Positions 47,816 to 56,869 of a DNA stretch of 64,000 nucleotides are shown in pieces. Each line of letters opens with the position of its first letter. The first letter of the stretch is position 1. The DNA lies in contig JAWXBZ010000105.1 in NCBI GenBank assembly GCA_034440375.1, positions 2,269 through 66,268 of the forward strand, read 5' to 3'. The stretch is from Candidatus Eiseniibacteriota bacterium. Its GTDB lineage: Bacteria > Eisenbacteria > RBG-16-71-46 > JABDJR01 > JAWXBZ01. Below the pieces are notes generated by a model that was given only the letters and a program-made list of their open reading frames with translations, ran no database searches and had not been told where the DNA came from. Position numbers and translations under genes: made by a program.

Positions 47816-49576
47816 ATGAGGATTCCGACCATGCCCGCTGAAATGACTCGAATCGGACGCCGCACGCCAGCGGCCCTTCTGTGCTTCGGAACGGCTCTGA
47901 TTTTGTCCGTCGGTCCGGCCTCGGCCTGGACGATTTCCGGGCATGTCACGAACTCCAACGGTCAGAACGCCGTGGATGTCGACCTCGACTTTGAGGATCG
48001 AAGCACCGGAACGATCCTCGACACACCGGGCGACAGGACGGACGCATTCGGCAACTACAGCGTGACCGTTCCAACCGGTGACTACCGGATCTACTTCAAT
48101 GCCACGCCGGCCTCACACCTGTTCGACGGCAGTGTGGACGCGACAATCACCTCAGATAGGACGATTGACATGGTCTTGAATGTTGGGACGTACGTCAGTG
48201 GCGACGTGGTCGACATGGATGGCTTCGGCCTCGCCTTCGTCGACCTGAATTTCTACGATGTTTCCAGTGGCGCCAACCTCGGGTACGCGGGCGACGACTC
48301 CGACGCTTTTGGAAACTTCGCGGTGCTGGTCGATCCGGGCCTGACCTTCGACATCCTCTTCCGGCCGGCGATCGGCGACCCGCATTGCGCGCGCCAGATC
48401 GAGAACGTCGCGGTCGGCACGTCGGACATCGTTCTGCCCCCGGTGGTCCTGGAAAGCGGCGCGTTTGTCTCAGGAAGCGTCCACCGCACGGACAACGGCA
48501 ACCCGGTGGTCGATGCCGATATCGACGCCACGAATACTCTGACTGGTGAACGTCGGACCCGGCTCGGCTTAGACAACACGGACGGATCAGGAGCCTTTCA
48601 GGTCGTGCTGCCCGCCGGCACCTGGGACATCACAGCCACTCCCCCGGCCGGGCAGGGGCTGGCGGCGGAAATCGTTCCCGCTGTGGTCGTCAGCGGCTCC
48701 GTCTCGACCGGCACGATCCAGCTGCCCGTCGGCTACAGCATCACGGGCACCGTCCTTGGCCCGGGGAACGCGCCGCAGTCGGATGCCAACGTCGATCCTG
48801 TGCATGTCGTGCGCCGTATCGAGATGCCGACGTCAGGCGACCACACGACCCCCTCCGGGCAGTACGCCATGATCCTGGCGGCGGCGACGTACGATTTCCT
48901 GGTCTGGCCGCCCCCGGGAGCGCCGCTGGCGGTCGGTGTTCTGCGCAATCGAAGCGTGACCGGGGCTGCCACCCTGCCGACCGTCAACTTGTCCGGCGGT
49001 GTCGTCATCCAGGGCACCGCGAAGACCCCCTCGGGTCTGCCGGTCCGCGATGCCGACATCAACGCCGAGCAGCTGGCCGATGCGTTCGTTTACCCCACCC
49101 GTGACGACAATACCAACGGGTCCGGGGTCTACGCGATCCGTGTGCCGGCGGGATCGTATCGACTCATCGCCCGTCCCCCCGTCGGGAGCGGGCTGGTGGC
49201 CGATACGGTTGTCGTGGCTGCGACATCAAACCAGACGGTCCACTTCACGTTCGGCGTGACGACGCCCAGTGGCGTCGGGGACAGCCGCCCTCCGTCCCGC
49301 CTGGCGCTGGCCACGGAACACGATATCGCCGCCGGAGCCGTGGCCTTCCGGTTCTCACTGCCACCGGGCCAGGCCATGCCGACAACCCTCCGGATCTACT
49401 CCGCTGATGGCCGCCTGCGCCGGACACTGATCGACGAAGTTATGGACGGCGGATCCCACCTCACAAGGTGGGACGGGCGGGACGGCTCCGGTCGTCGCCT
49501 CCCGTCGGGAATGTACTTCGTCCGACTGGCATCGGCTTCCGACGCAGTTAACGCCCGGGCTGTCCTGGTGGAATGA
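47816..49576 (+). CDS. Secreted protein with repeated CarboxypepD_reg-like (transthyretin-fold) domains and a C-terminal T9SS type-A/FlgD-Ig-like domain
   Basis: Signal peptide, then four or more repeats of the form GxV.D..G.P...A.VD........T.DGNY.V.VP.G.Y.I. C-terminal tail TLRIYSADGRLRRTL...SGMYFVRL. Confidence 0.6.
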   Translation: MRIPTMPAEMTRIGRRTPAALLCFGTALILSVGPASAWTISGHVTNSNGQNAVDVDLDFEDRSTGTILDTPGDRTDAFGNYSVTVPTGDYRIYFNATPASHLFDGSVDATITSDRTIDMVLNVGTYVSGDVVDMDGFGLAFVDLNFYDVSSGANLGYAGDDSDAFGNFAVLVDPGLTFDILFRPAIGDPHCARQIENVAVGTSDIVLPPVVLESGAFVSGSVHRTDNGNPVVDADIDATNTLTGERRTRLGLDNTDGSGAFQVVLPAGTWDITATPPAGQGLAAEIVPAVVVSGSVSTGTIQLPVGYSITGTVLGPGNAPQSDANVDPVHVVRRIEMPTSGDHTTPSGQYAMILAAATYDFLVWPPPGAPLAVGVLRNRSVTGAATLPTVNLSGGVVIQGTAKTPSGLPVRDADINAEQLADAFVYPTRDDNTNGSGVYAIRVPAGSYRLIARPPVGSGLVADTVVVAATSNQTVHFTFGVTTPSGVGDSRPPSRLALATEHDIAAGAVAFRFSLPPGQAMPTTLRIYSADGRLRRTLIDEVMDGGSHLTRWDGRDGSGRRLPSGMYFVRLASASDAVNARAVLVE

Positions 49577-51312
49577 TGTCGAGACCCCGGCACTACCTCT
49601 TTGAACTGTTTCTGGCAGCCATGATCGTGGCCGGCGGTAACTCGTTTGCCCTGGCCGGTGACCCGGAGGCGCCGAGGCTTCGTGGCACGGTCGTGGACCA
49701 CAACGGCGCCCCGATCTACAAGGCGGATCTGGACTTTTACGAACCGGGTACCCGCAACCGTGTCGACCCGACTCCGCCGGGCCGCGATCCGGACTCGGAC
49801 AAGACCGACCTGGACGGGCAATACTCGATAAAGGTGGCTCCTGCCACCTACGACATCCGATACCAACCACCGTTGGGCCGTTCCGACCTGGCCACGGTCG
49901 TCGTCGAGGGTGTCCGCATCACGGCAGACACGACACTCGACGTGAGGCTCCCGCGAGGCCATGTCGTGACCGGCCGCATCACCACCCGTGGCGGTGAGGC
50001 GGTCGAAGGGGTCGACATCGACGTCCTCGACCCGATTACCGGACGGCATCTGCCAACGCCCGGCGACAAGACCGGCACGGGCGGTGCCTACCGGGTGATC
50101 ATCGTTCCAGGCACCTACACTTTCACCTTTACACCGCCGTCCGGAGCCCGCCTGGTCGCCGTCGTCCTGACGCGCGTGGCGATCACGGCCGCCACGCGGC
50201 TCGATGCCGCCCTTCCACCCGGGTATTTTCTGGTTGGGCGACTCCTTGGACCGGACGGCGCGCCGGTCACCGGCGCTGACCTCGACGTCGATGACTCGAC
50301 AAGCGGGGAGCGGATCCGGACACCGGATGACAGCACCGATCCGAACGGCCGCTTCCGAATCGTCGTTCCCGCCGGCCCGATCGATCTGATCCTCAATCCG
50401 CCGCCGGGCCGGGAAATGGCGGCAAACATCGTGAGAAGTATCATTCTGACCGGAGACCGTGATCTCGGGGATCTCAGCTTCGAGACTGGAGCAAACCTAT
50501 CGGCGATCATACTCGGCCCCGACGGCCTGCCCCTTTCGGGCGCGCGCGCGCTGTTCCACGAGGAAAGCACCGGCCTCCGTTACCCGGCCCCGGGCTCCAC
50601 CAGCGGTTTGGATGGACGACTGAGCGTCCGCCTGCCTCTCGGCTCGTGGATCGTCCGCGTCGCGCCACCGATTGGAGCGGCGTTCGACACTCTCGACGCC
50701 GGTACGCTGCGGCTCGACCGACCCGGGGAAGCCATCTGGCAGTTCGACGCCGGCGAGTTCCGCCGGCTGACCATCGGCCTCCTCAACGCCTTGACTCGGC
50801 TCGAAGGAACAGTTGAGCTCTGGCGATCGCCACGGTCGGGCAGACCACTCGTGGCCCTGTCGGTGGGCGGTGACCGACCCGCCGAACTGACGCTGTCTCC
50901 CGGTCGATACGATCTGGTGGCCCGTGCCGGGTCCGCCTACCTTCCGGATTCAATAACGATAGTCGATCTATCAATTTCGGCTGACACCACGCTGACGTTC
51001 GACTTTCTGGCTCGGACGCCCCCACCCACGCCGCAAACCGCGGTCGCTCTCGGCCGATCAACACCAAGCCCATTCGCGAGTACCACGCGCATGACGGCGA
51101 TGGCGACATCCGGGACCCGGGCAACCCTCTTCGTTTTCGACGTATCCGGGCGGCTGGTTCGTGAATTCCCTCTCGAATTCGCCACCACAAGTCAGGATGT
51201 CGAATGGAACGGCCGCGATATGAGTGGCGCACCGGTCCCGGCCGGTGTTTACTTCCTTCGACTGTTCACTCCCACCTCCGTGGCCATCGGCCGCGTGGTC
51301 AAACGTCCATGA
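49573..51312 (+). CDS. Paralog of the preceding gene: CarboxypepD_reg-repeat secreted protein with the same C-terminal domain
   Basis: Same repeat architecture (GTVVDHNGAPIYKADLDFYE..., TGRITTRGGEAVEGVDIDVLD...). C-terminal tail TLFVFDVSGRLVREF...AGVYFLRL. Its start overlaps the upstream gene's stop. Confidence 0.6.
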   Translation: MMSRPRHYLFELFLAAMIVAGGNSFALAGDPEAPRLRGTVVDHNGAPIYKADLDFYEPGTRNRVDPTPPGRDPDSDKTDLDGQYSIKVAPATYDIRYQPPLGRSDLATVVVEGVRITADTTLDVRLPRGHVVTGRITTRGGEAVEGVDIDVLDPITGRHLPTPGDKTGTGGAYRVIIVPGTYTFTFTPPSGARLVAVVLTRVAITAATRLDAALPPGYFLVGRLLGPDGAPVTGADLDVDDSTSGERIRTPDDSTDPNGRFRIVVPAGPIDLILNPPPGREMAANIVRSIILTGDRDLGDLSFETGANLSAIILGPDGLPLSGARALFHEESTGLRYPAPGSTSGLDGRLSVRLPLGSWIVRVAPPIGAAFDTLDAGTLRLDRPGEAIWQFDAGEFRRLTIGLLNALTRLEGTVELWRSPRSGRPLVALSVGGDRPAELTLSPGRYDLVARAGSAYLPDSITIVDLSISADTTLTFDFLARTPPPTPQTAVALGRSTPSPFASTTRMTAMATSGTRATLFVFDVSGRLVREFPLEFATTSQDVEWNGRDMSGAPVPAGVYFLRLFTPTSVAIGRVVKRP

Positions 51313-53051
51313 AGTCGCCACCGGGATTGCCCCTCACCACCCTCATCGACACGATTCGCCCACCAGCCCGCCGGGCCTGGAAAATTATCCTGGCCGGCAT
51401 GGTAGCCATGCTCGGTGTCTCGGCCATGAAGCTTTTGATCCCCTGGCCAATGAAGCTGATCGTCGATCAGGTCCTCATTCCCACCGCCGGCCGATCCCGG
51501 CTGGATTGGCTTCCGGCCGACGCAACTTCGTCCCTCACGGTGCTCTGTCTCGGGCTCATCGCCATCTACCTCGTCAAGGGGTGGCTCTTCTCACGGCAGG
51601 AAATCGCCATGGCCCGGGCGGGGCGGGTGATGATCCTGGCTCTTCGCTCCCGGCTATTCGGGAAAATTCTCGAGCTGCCTCCCGCTTTCCATTACCGGCG
51701 AAAATCCGGTGACCTTCTCACTCGATTGATGACCGATGTGAACCAGATCAAGGATCTGGTTTTCGGCGTCGGGTTCAACGCGATCGGTGACGTGGTCACC
51801 GTCATCGGGATGCTGGCCATCCTGACCTGGTATGACCCGATCCTTGCCCTGGTGGCGATGGTCGCCGGACCGATCGTCCTGATTCCCTCGCGAGTCTTCT
51901 CGCGCAGGATCCGTGGCGTGGCGCGCGAACAAAGAAAGCGGCAGGGCGAGTTGGCCGGATCCGTCAACGAAGTCCTCCGCTCCCTGCGCGTCGTGCAAAC
52001 CTTCGATCGGGCGGATGCCCACCAGAGGGCCTTCGATCAAAAAGATGCGGGGCAATTGGATGCCGATGTTCGGATGACGCGTCTTCAGACCAATCTCTTC
52101 CGGGTCGTTGAGATGGGTGTTGCCGTCGGATCGGCGCTGATCCTCTGGCTCGGCGCCCGTCGGGTACTGGCCGGGCAGCTGAGCCCGGGTGACCTGATCG
52201 TCTTCACGCAATACGTCCGCACCATGTACCGGCCGTTTCAGGACATGGCCAAGCTGGCCGGCCGGTGGAACAAGGCATTGGCCTCGGCCGAACGAATCGC
52301 CGACATCCTGGTCACGCCCGACACCCTCCCCGACCCGGTTCGGCCAACGCCTCTCGGGCGCGCCCGCGGTGATGTTGAATTCCAGAACGTCACGTTCGCC
52401 TACGAGGGTCGCACGGCCGTCCTGAACAACCTCAATTTCACCGTGGCGGCGGGTGAATCCGTGGCTCTCGTCGGTCCCAGCGGCATTGGCAAATCAACGA
52501 TGTCGAGCCTGATCCTTCGCCTTCATGATCCCCAGGCAGGCTCGGTACGACTCGATGGCGTTGACGTCCGCCACTACCTCAAGGCGGATCTTCGACGCCA
52601 GGTGGCCGTGGTCTTCCAGGAGCCCTGGCTCTTTGGAGTCAGCGTCCGGGACAACATCGCGTACGGGCGCGAGGGAGCAACTGAAACCGAAATCGAGGCT
52701 GCCGCCCGTGCCGCGCGTGCCCACGACTTCATCCTTGACCTCCCGGAAGGATATGACTCGGTGCTGGGAGAACATGGCGCCACATTGTCCGCCGGGCAGC
52801 GACAGCGGCTGGCCATCGCGCGGGCCCTGCTCCGGGATGCGCCGATCCTGATCCTCGACGAGCCGATGACCGGACTCGACGAGGGAAGCCGGCGGGAGGT
52901 TGCCGATGCGCTTGGCACACTGCGTCGCGGGCGGACGACGATCCTGATCACGCACGATCTGGAGGACCTCGACGGCATCGACCGGATCCTCCGCCTTGAC
53001 GGGGCGAACGGCCTCCACGAAACGGAAAGCTACGCTTTCAACCGCTCGTAA
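51309..53051 (+). CDS. ABC transporter, fused permease/ATP-binding exporter (MsbA-like)
   Basis: Six-TM N-terminal domain; Walker A GPSGIGKST, signature LSAGQRQRLAIARAL, Walker B ILILDEP. ATGA overlap with the preceding exoprotein gene. Confidence 0.8.
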   Translation: MKSPPGLPLTTLIDTIRPPARRAWKIILAGMVAMLGVSAMKLLIPWPMKLIVDQVLIPTAGRSRLDWLPADATSSLTVLCLGLIAIYLVKGWLFSRQEIAMARAGRVMILALRSRLFGKILELPPAFHYRRKSGDLLTRLMTDVNQIKDLVFGVGFNAIGDVVTVIGMLAILTWYDPILALVAMVAGPIVLIPSRVFSRRIRGVAREQRKRQGELAGSVNEVLRSLRVVQTFDRADAHQRAFDQKDAGQLDADVRMTRLQTNLFRVVEMGVAVGSALILWLGARRVLAGQLSPGDLIVFTQYVRTMYRPFQDMAKLAGRWNKALASAERIADILVTPDTLPDPVRPTPLGRARGDVEFQNVTFAYEGRTAVLNNLNFTVAAGESVALVGPSGIGKSTMSSLILRLHDPQAGSVRLDGVDVRHYLKADLRRQVAVVFQEPWLFGVSVRDNIAYGREGATETEIEAAARAARAHDFILDLPEGYDSVLGEHGATLSAGQRQRLAIARALLRDAPILILDEPMTGLDEGSRREVADALGTLRRGRTTILITHDLEDLDGIDRILRLDGANGLHETESYAFNRS

Positions 53052-53563
53052 AACTCCTTCCGAAGCTTCGCCACCTTGGGTGCAATGACCGCCTGGCAGT
53101 AGGGCTGATTGCTGTTCCGGGCGTAGTAGTCCTGGTGAGTCTCCTCGGCCTTGTAAAACGTTTCGAGCGGCTCGATCGTGGTGACGATCGGATCCGGCCA
53201 GAGACGCCGGGCCTCGATATCCTTCCGGACACGGTCTGCCGTGGCCCGCTGCGTCTCGTCGCGATACAGGATGATCGAACGGTACTGGGTTCCCGTGTCG
53301 TGCCCCTGGCGGTTCAAGGTTGTCGGGTCGTGCAGCGTGAAGAAAATGACAAGGAGGTCCGTAAGTTCGATCACCAGAGGATCGAACGACACATCGACAA
53401 CCTCGGCGTGGCCGGTTGTCCCCTCGCAGACCTCGCGATAGCCCGGATTCCTGACCTGACCGCCGGCATAGCCCGATTCGACCCGCTCAACGCCCTTCAA
53501 GTCCTTGAAGACCGCCTCAAGGCACCAGAAGCAGCCGCCGCCAAGTGTGATTCGCTCGCTCAT
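53030..53563 (-). CDS. msrA: Peptide methionine sulfoxide reductase MsrA
   Basis: ITLGGGCFWCLEAVF...GYAGG...GHAEVV...HDPTTLNRQGHDTGTQYRS matches MsrA closely. Confidence 0.9.
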   Translation of the reverse strand: MSERITLGGGCFWCLEAVFKDLKGVERVESGYAGGQVRNPGYREVCEGTTGHAEVVDVSFDPLVIELTDLLVIFFTLHDPTTLNRQGHDTGTQYRSIILYRDETQRATADRVRKDIEARRLWPDPIVTTIEPLETFYKAEETHQDYYARNSNQPYCQAVIAPKVAKLRKEFYERLKA

Positions 53564-53587
53564 CCTTGTCCTCCCCAGGTTGGTTCA

Positions 53588-55234
53588 ATGGTAGAGTCTA
53601 ACCCGTTTCCTTCTTCACCCCCGACACGACCTGTCCCGAACGGAGAACCGTTGTCCGACGTAACACTACCCCTGTTCGCAGGGCGACTGGCCGATCCGGA
53701 ACAGGTGCTGCAGCAAGTCTTCGGTTTTACCGAGTTTCGGCCGGGCCAGCGCCGGATCATCGATGCGGTTCTGGCGGGCCGGGATGCCATCGGCGTCATG
53801 CCCACCGGCGCCGGCAAGTCACTCACGTTTCAGGTTCCGGCCCGCATCCTGCCCGGCGCCGTTCTGGTCGTCTCCCCGTTGATCTCGCTGATGAAGGATC
53901 AGGTCGACGCGATGATCCGATACGGATACTCGGCAGCGGTCCTCAATTCCAGCATCGACTTTGATGCCCGCCGCGAGGTTCTGGCGCGTCTTCGCCGGGG
54001 GGAACTGCATCTTTTGTACGTGGCCCCGGAGGGAATCGAGGGATCGCTCCGCCAATTGATCGCCGAGTGCCACATTTCCCTGGTGGTCGTTGACGAAGCG
54101 CACTGCATCAGCCACTGGGGACACGAGTTCCGGCCGGCCTATCGCAAGTTGAAGGGATTGAAGGAACAGCTCGGCAACATCCCGGTCCTGGCCCTGACGG
54201 CCACCGCCACGCGCCGGGTGGCGGCCGATATCCTGGCCCAGCTTGGCATGTCCAGGCCCGACGGGTTCCGCGGGTCGTTCTTCCGACCCAATCTCAAGAT
54301 CACCGCCCAGAAGAAAGGCGAGGGGCGCAACACACGCCAGGACATCCTGGGGATCATCCGTCGCCACGACGGCATGAGCGGCATCGTCTACTGCCTCAGC
54401 CGCAAGGGCGTGGACGCCCTGACCGCCTGGCTGCGCGAACAGGGGATCCGTGCCCTGCCGTACCACGCCGGCCTGCCGGACGACGAGCGCCGCCGGAGCC
54501 AGGACGCCTTCGCTCGGGATGAGGCGGATGTCATCGTGGCCACGGTCGCGTTCGGCATGGGGATCGACAAGAGCAACATCCGCTTCGTCATCCACCGCGA
54601 CATGCCCAAGAGCGTCGAAGCCTGGTACCAGGAAATGGGACGCGCCGGCCGCGACGGCCTGCCGAGCGATTGCGTCCTCATGTACTCCTGGTCGGACGTG
54701 ATCGGCTACGAGTCATTTCTCAATAACGTCGAGGACGAAACGCTCCGCGAGGAAACGCGCAGGAAGACCGTGGAGATGTTCCGCCTCGTCGACCAGGGGG
54801 GCTGTCGTCATCAGAAGCTGGTGGCCTGCTTCGAGGACTCCATCGATCCCTGCGGGGATTCGTGCGATGTCTGCAAGGGGGGCACGGTGGCCGACCTCAT
54901 CACGCAAGGTCCAGTGCGTACAGGGCGCAAGGTCCAGGCGGTCCGATCGGGCCCGTCGATCGACGGCCGATCAACCGGGGCCGCCACCCCCCGCTCCACC
55001 CTGCCCACCGATGTCGACCCCGGGCTCTTCGAGCGCCTCCGCGCCCTCCGTCGCCGCATCGCCGACCGCGAAAACGTGCCGGCCTATATCGTCTTCAGCG
55101 ACGCCGTGCTCACCGCCCTGGCCGACCGCCGGCCCGCCACCCCGGAGGAGATGCTGGCAACGCCCGGCATCGGCCCGGCCAAGCTGGCTCGCTATGGCGG
55201 GGAGTTCCTGGAGTTGTTGAACGGGGCGGAATAA
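53588..55234 (+). CDS. recQ: ATP-dependent DNA helicase RecQ
   Basis: FGFTEFRPGQRRIIDAVLAGRDAIGVMPTGAGKSL, DEAHCISHWGHEFRPAY, a zinc-binding Cys cluster (CRHQKLVACFED...CGDSCDVC) and a C-terminal HRDC-like region. The start at 53588 is tentative. Confidence 0.8.
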   Translation: MVESNPFPSSPPTRPVPNGEPLSDVTLPLFAGRLADPEQVLQQVFGFTEFRPGQRRIIDAVLAGRDAIGVMPTGAGKSLTFQVPARILPGAVLVVSPLISLMKDQVDAMIRYGYSAAVLNSSIDFDARREVLARLRRGELHLLYVAPEGIEGSLRQLIAECHISLVVVDEAHCISHWGHEFRPAYRKLKGLKEQLGNIPVLALTATATRRVAADILAQLGMSRPDGFRGSFFRPNLKITAQKKGEGRNTRQDILGIIRRHDGMSGIVYCLSRKGVDALTAWLREQGIRALPYHAGLPDDERRRSQDAFARDEADVIVATVAFGMGIDKSNIRFVIHRDMPKSVEAWYQEMGRAGRDGLPSDCVLMYSWSDVIGYESFLNNVEDETLREETRRKTVEMFRLVDQGGCRHQKLVACFEDSIDPCGDSCDVCKGGTVADLITQGPVRTGRKVQAVRSGPSIDGRSTGAATPRSTLPTDVDPGLFERLRALRRRIADRENVPAYIVFSDAVLTALADRRPATPEEMLATPGIGPAKLARYGGEFLELLNGAE

Positions 55235-55285
55235 GGCCGACAGGGGGCGCCGCCTCGTTGACGGATCCGCCATGCCTTTGATCCA

Positions 55286-55834
55286 TCAGTTCGTCGCTCC
55301 GCCGGCCCTCGTCCAGACCCACTCCTCCGAGGCCGGCTTGCCGTTCATGGTCCCCTCGATACGGGCATGCAATCGCTTCTCGTCGTCCAGCCAGTAGAGT
55401 ATCCGTTGCGGAAAGTCATGTTCGAGATTCTCGAACACCACCCGGGTGACGCCCATGTCCTTGACGGCAAAGGCTGTCTGCGGTGCGCCGCGCGGACTGG
55501 AGAAATAGGTCACACGGCCGTCGGGGCCGATTCCTATGCGCAGGAACTCGAACGACACCATTCGATTGCCCTTGACGTCCTTGTGCATGCCGACCAGCCC
55601 GCCACCCCCGGTTCCGGTCCAGTGCTCCTCGCTTGTCATGCCTCCGTCCGTGCCAACCCAGTAACCGGTCATCCAGCCAAGCGCGTCAATTCCCCACGAG
55701 ACGCCCTCCCGCGGTGGCGCCGTCGGCTTGGTAGCCTCGGCTGCCCGGCCGGCCCACATCATCGCGACCACTCCGAAAACTGCCATCGCCAGCCGTGCGC
55801 CCGGCCCGATCACTTTCGAGTTCCTCATCATCAC
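55286..55834 (-). CDS. Hypothetical secreted protein (DUF-type, no catalytic motif)
   Basis: Signal peptide MMMRNSKVIGPGARLAMAVFGVVAMMWA; 182 aa. Confidence 0.4.
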   Translation of the reverse strand: MMMRNSKVIGPGARLAMAVFGVVAMMWAGRAAEATKPTAPPREGVSWGIDALGWMTGYWVGTDGGMTSEEHWTGTGGGGLVGMHKDVKGNRMVSFEFLRIGIGPDGRVTYFSSPRGAPQTAFAVKDMGVTRVVFENLEHDFPQRILYWLDDEKRLHARIEGTMNGKPASEEWVWTRAGGATN

Positions 55835-55842
55835 TCCCCCCT

Positions 55843-56547
55843 CTAGAACGGATTGGTGGCGAACACCGAAAATTCGGGGATAAAGCCCCGATCGTCGATC
55901 TCGAGGGCCCCCACGATGGCCCGGGCGATTTCCTCGCTGCGAAGTTTTTTCTCATTGTAAGGGCGCCCTGCACCACCCGCGGCCACGCTGAAGTTGGTCT
56001 GGACTTCGCTTGGATTGACCAGCGTGACCCGGATGTTGTGACGGCGCAATTCGTCGCGCCAGCAGTCGGTCATGCCGCGCAGGGCGAACTTGGTGCCGCA
56101 GTAGGTCGTGCCGTTGGCAAATCCCTTCAGTCCGGCGGTAGAGGCGATGTTGATGATATTGCCGGAAGCCTGGCGGATCATGTGCGGCGCCACGGCCTGC
56201 GTCATGAGCAGGACCCCCGTCACATTGGTGGCAAACGTCCGCTCGAAGTCTTCGAGCCGGATCTCGATCAACGGGCCAAACGTACCGAAGCCCGCATTGT
56301 TCACGAGCAGGTCGATACCCCCGAATTCAGCCATGACCGAATCAACCACGCGTTGTACGTCCCCTGGCTTCGATACGTCGCCGGCAAAAGGCGTCGCCCC
56401 GATCTCACGGGCCGCCACCTGCAGCTTTTCGATATTGCGCGCCATGAGGGTCACGCGGGCCCCCTTGTCAATCAACAGCCGGCCAAGCGCCAGCCCGATT
56501 CCATCGCTTCCGCCCGTGATGAGCGCGCGAGCTCCCTTCAAGTCCAT
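55843..56547 (-). CDS. SDR-family short-chain dehydrogenase/reductase
   Basis: TGGSDGIGLALG (NAD(P)-binding), NNAG, and the catalytic ...S...YCGTKFAL (YxxxK). Confidence 0.85.
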   Translation of the reverse strand: MDLKGARALITGGSDGIGLALGRLLIDKGARVTLMARNIEKLQVAAREIGATPFAGDVSKPGDVQRVVDSVMAEFGGIDLLVNNAGFGTFGPLIEIRLEDFERTFATNVTGVLLMTQAVAPHMIRQASGNIINIASTAGLKGFANGTTYCGTKFALRGMTDCWRDELRRHNIRVTLVNPSEVQTNFSVAAGGAGRPYNEKKLRSEEIARAIVGALEIDDRGFIPEFSVFATNPF

Positions 56548-56757
56548 GCTCTTCTCCCTGGAAAGTGCCCTGATACATTCAGTTCGCCAGATTACGCCCC
56601 GAAGCCGCCAGGCTCAATGCGGTATATCGCAAAATCACACTATAATGAGCGGCTCACGCGGGGTGGACCGGTCACCCGTGTCGAGAAAATTTCCATTCTT
56701 GACCATAAGATCAAGTGGATAATAGGGTTAGATTGCAACAGGCTAACAGATTAGTCG

Positions 56758-56787
56758 TTGCCACGCCCGGTCAGATGCACGTATAAT
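56758..56787 (+). promoter_or_regulatory. Candidate sigma-70 promoter (TTGCCA-N18-TATAAT) for the downstream NHL-repeat gene
   Basis: The hexamers were read from an AT-richer 320-bp intergenic region. The ATG at 56870 is about 80 bp downstream. Confidence 0.35.
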
Positions 56788-56869
56788 AAGTGACCGGCTG
56801 GTTGTATCTCCTGGTTCCGGCCGATAATCCACAAGTAATGAGCTGATAACAATCGTTCGCGGAGGATCC

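Noticed and set aside
56548-56700. Plus-strand TATAAT at 56641-56646 as the promoter for the divergent SDR gene
   Set aside because: It is on the wrong strand for the minus-strand SDR gene and too far (about 230 bp) from the NHL gene. The TTGCCA-N18-TATAAT at 56758-56787 is a better candidate for the plus-strand gene.
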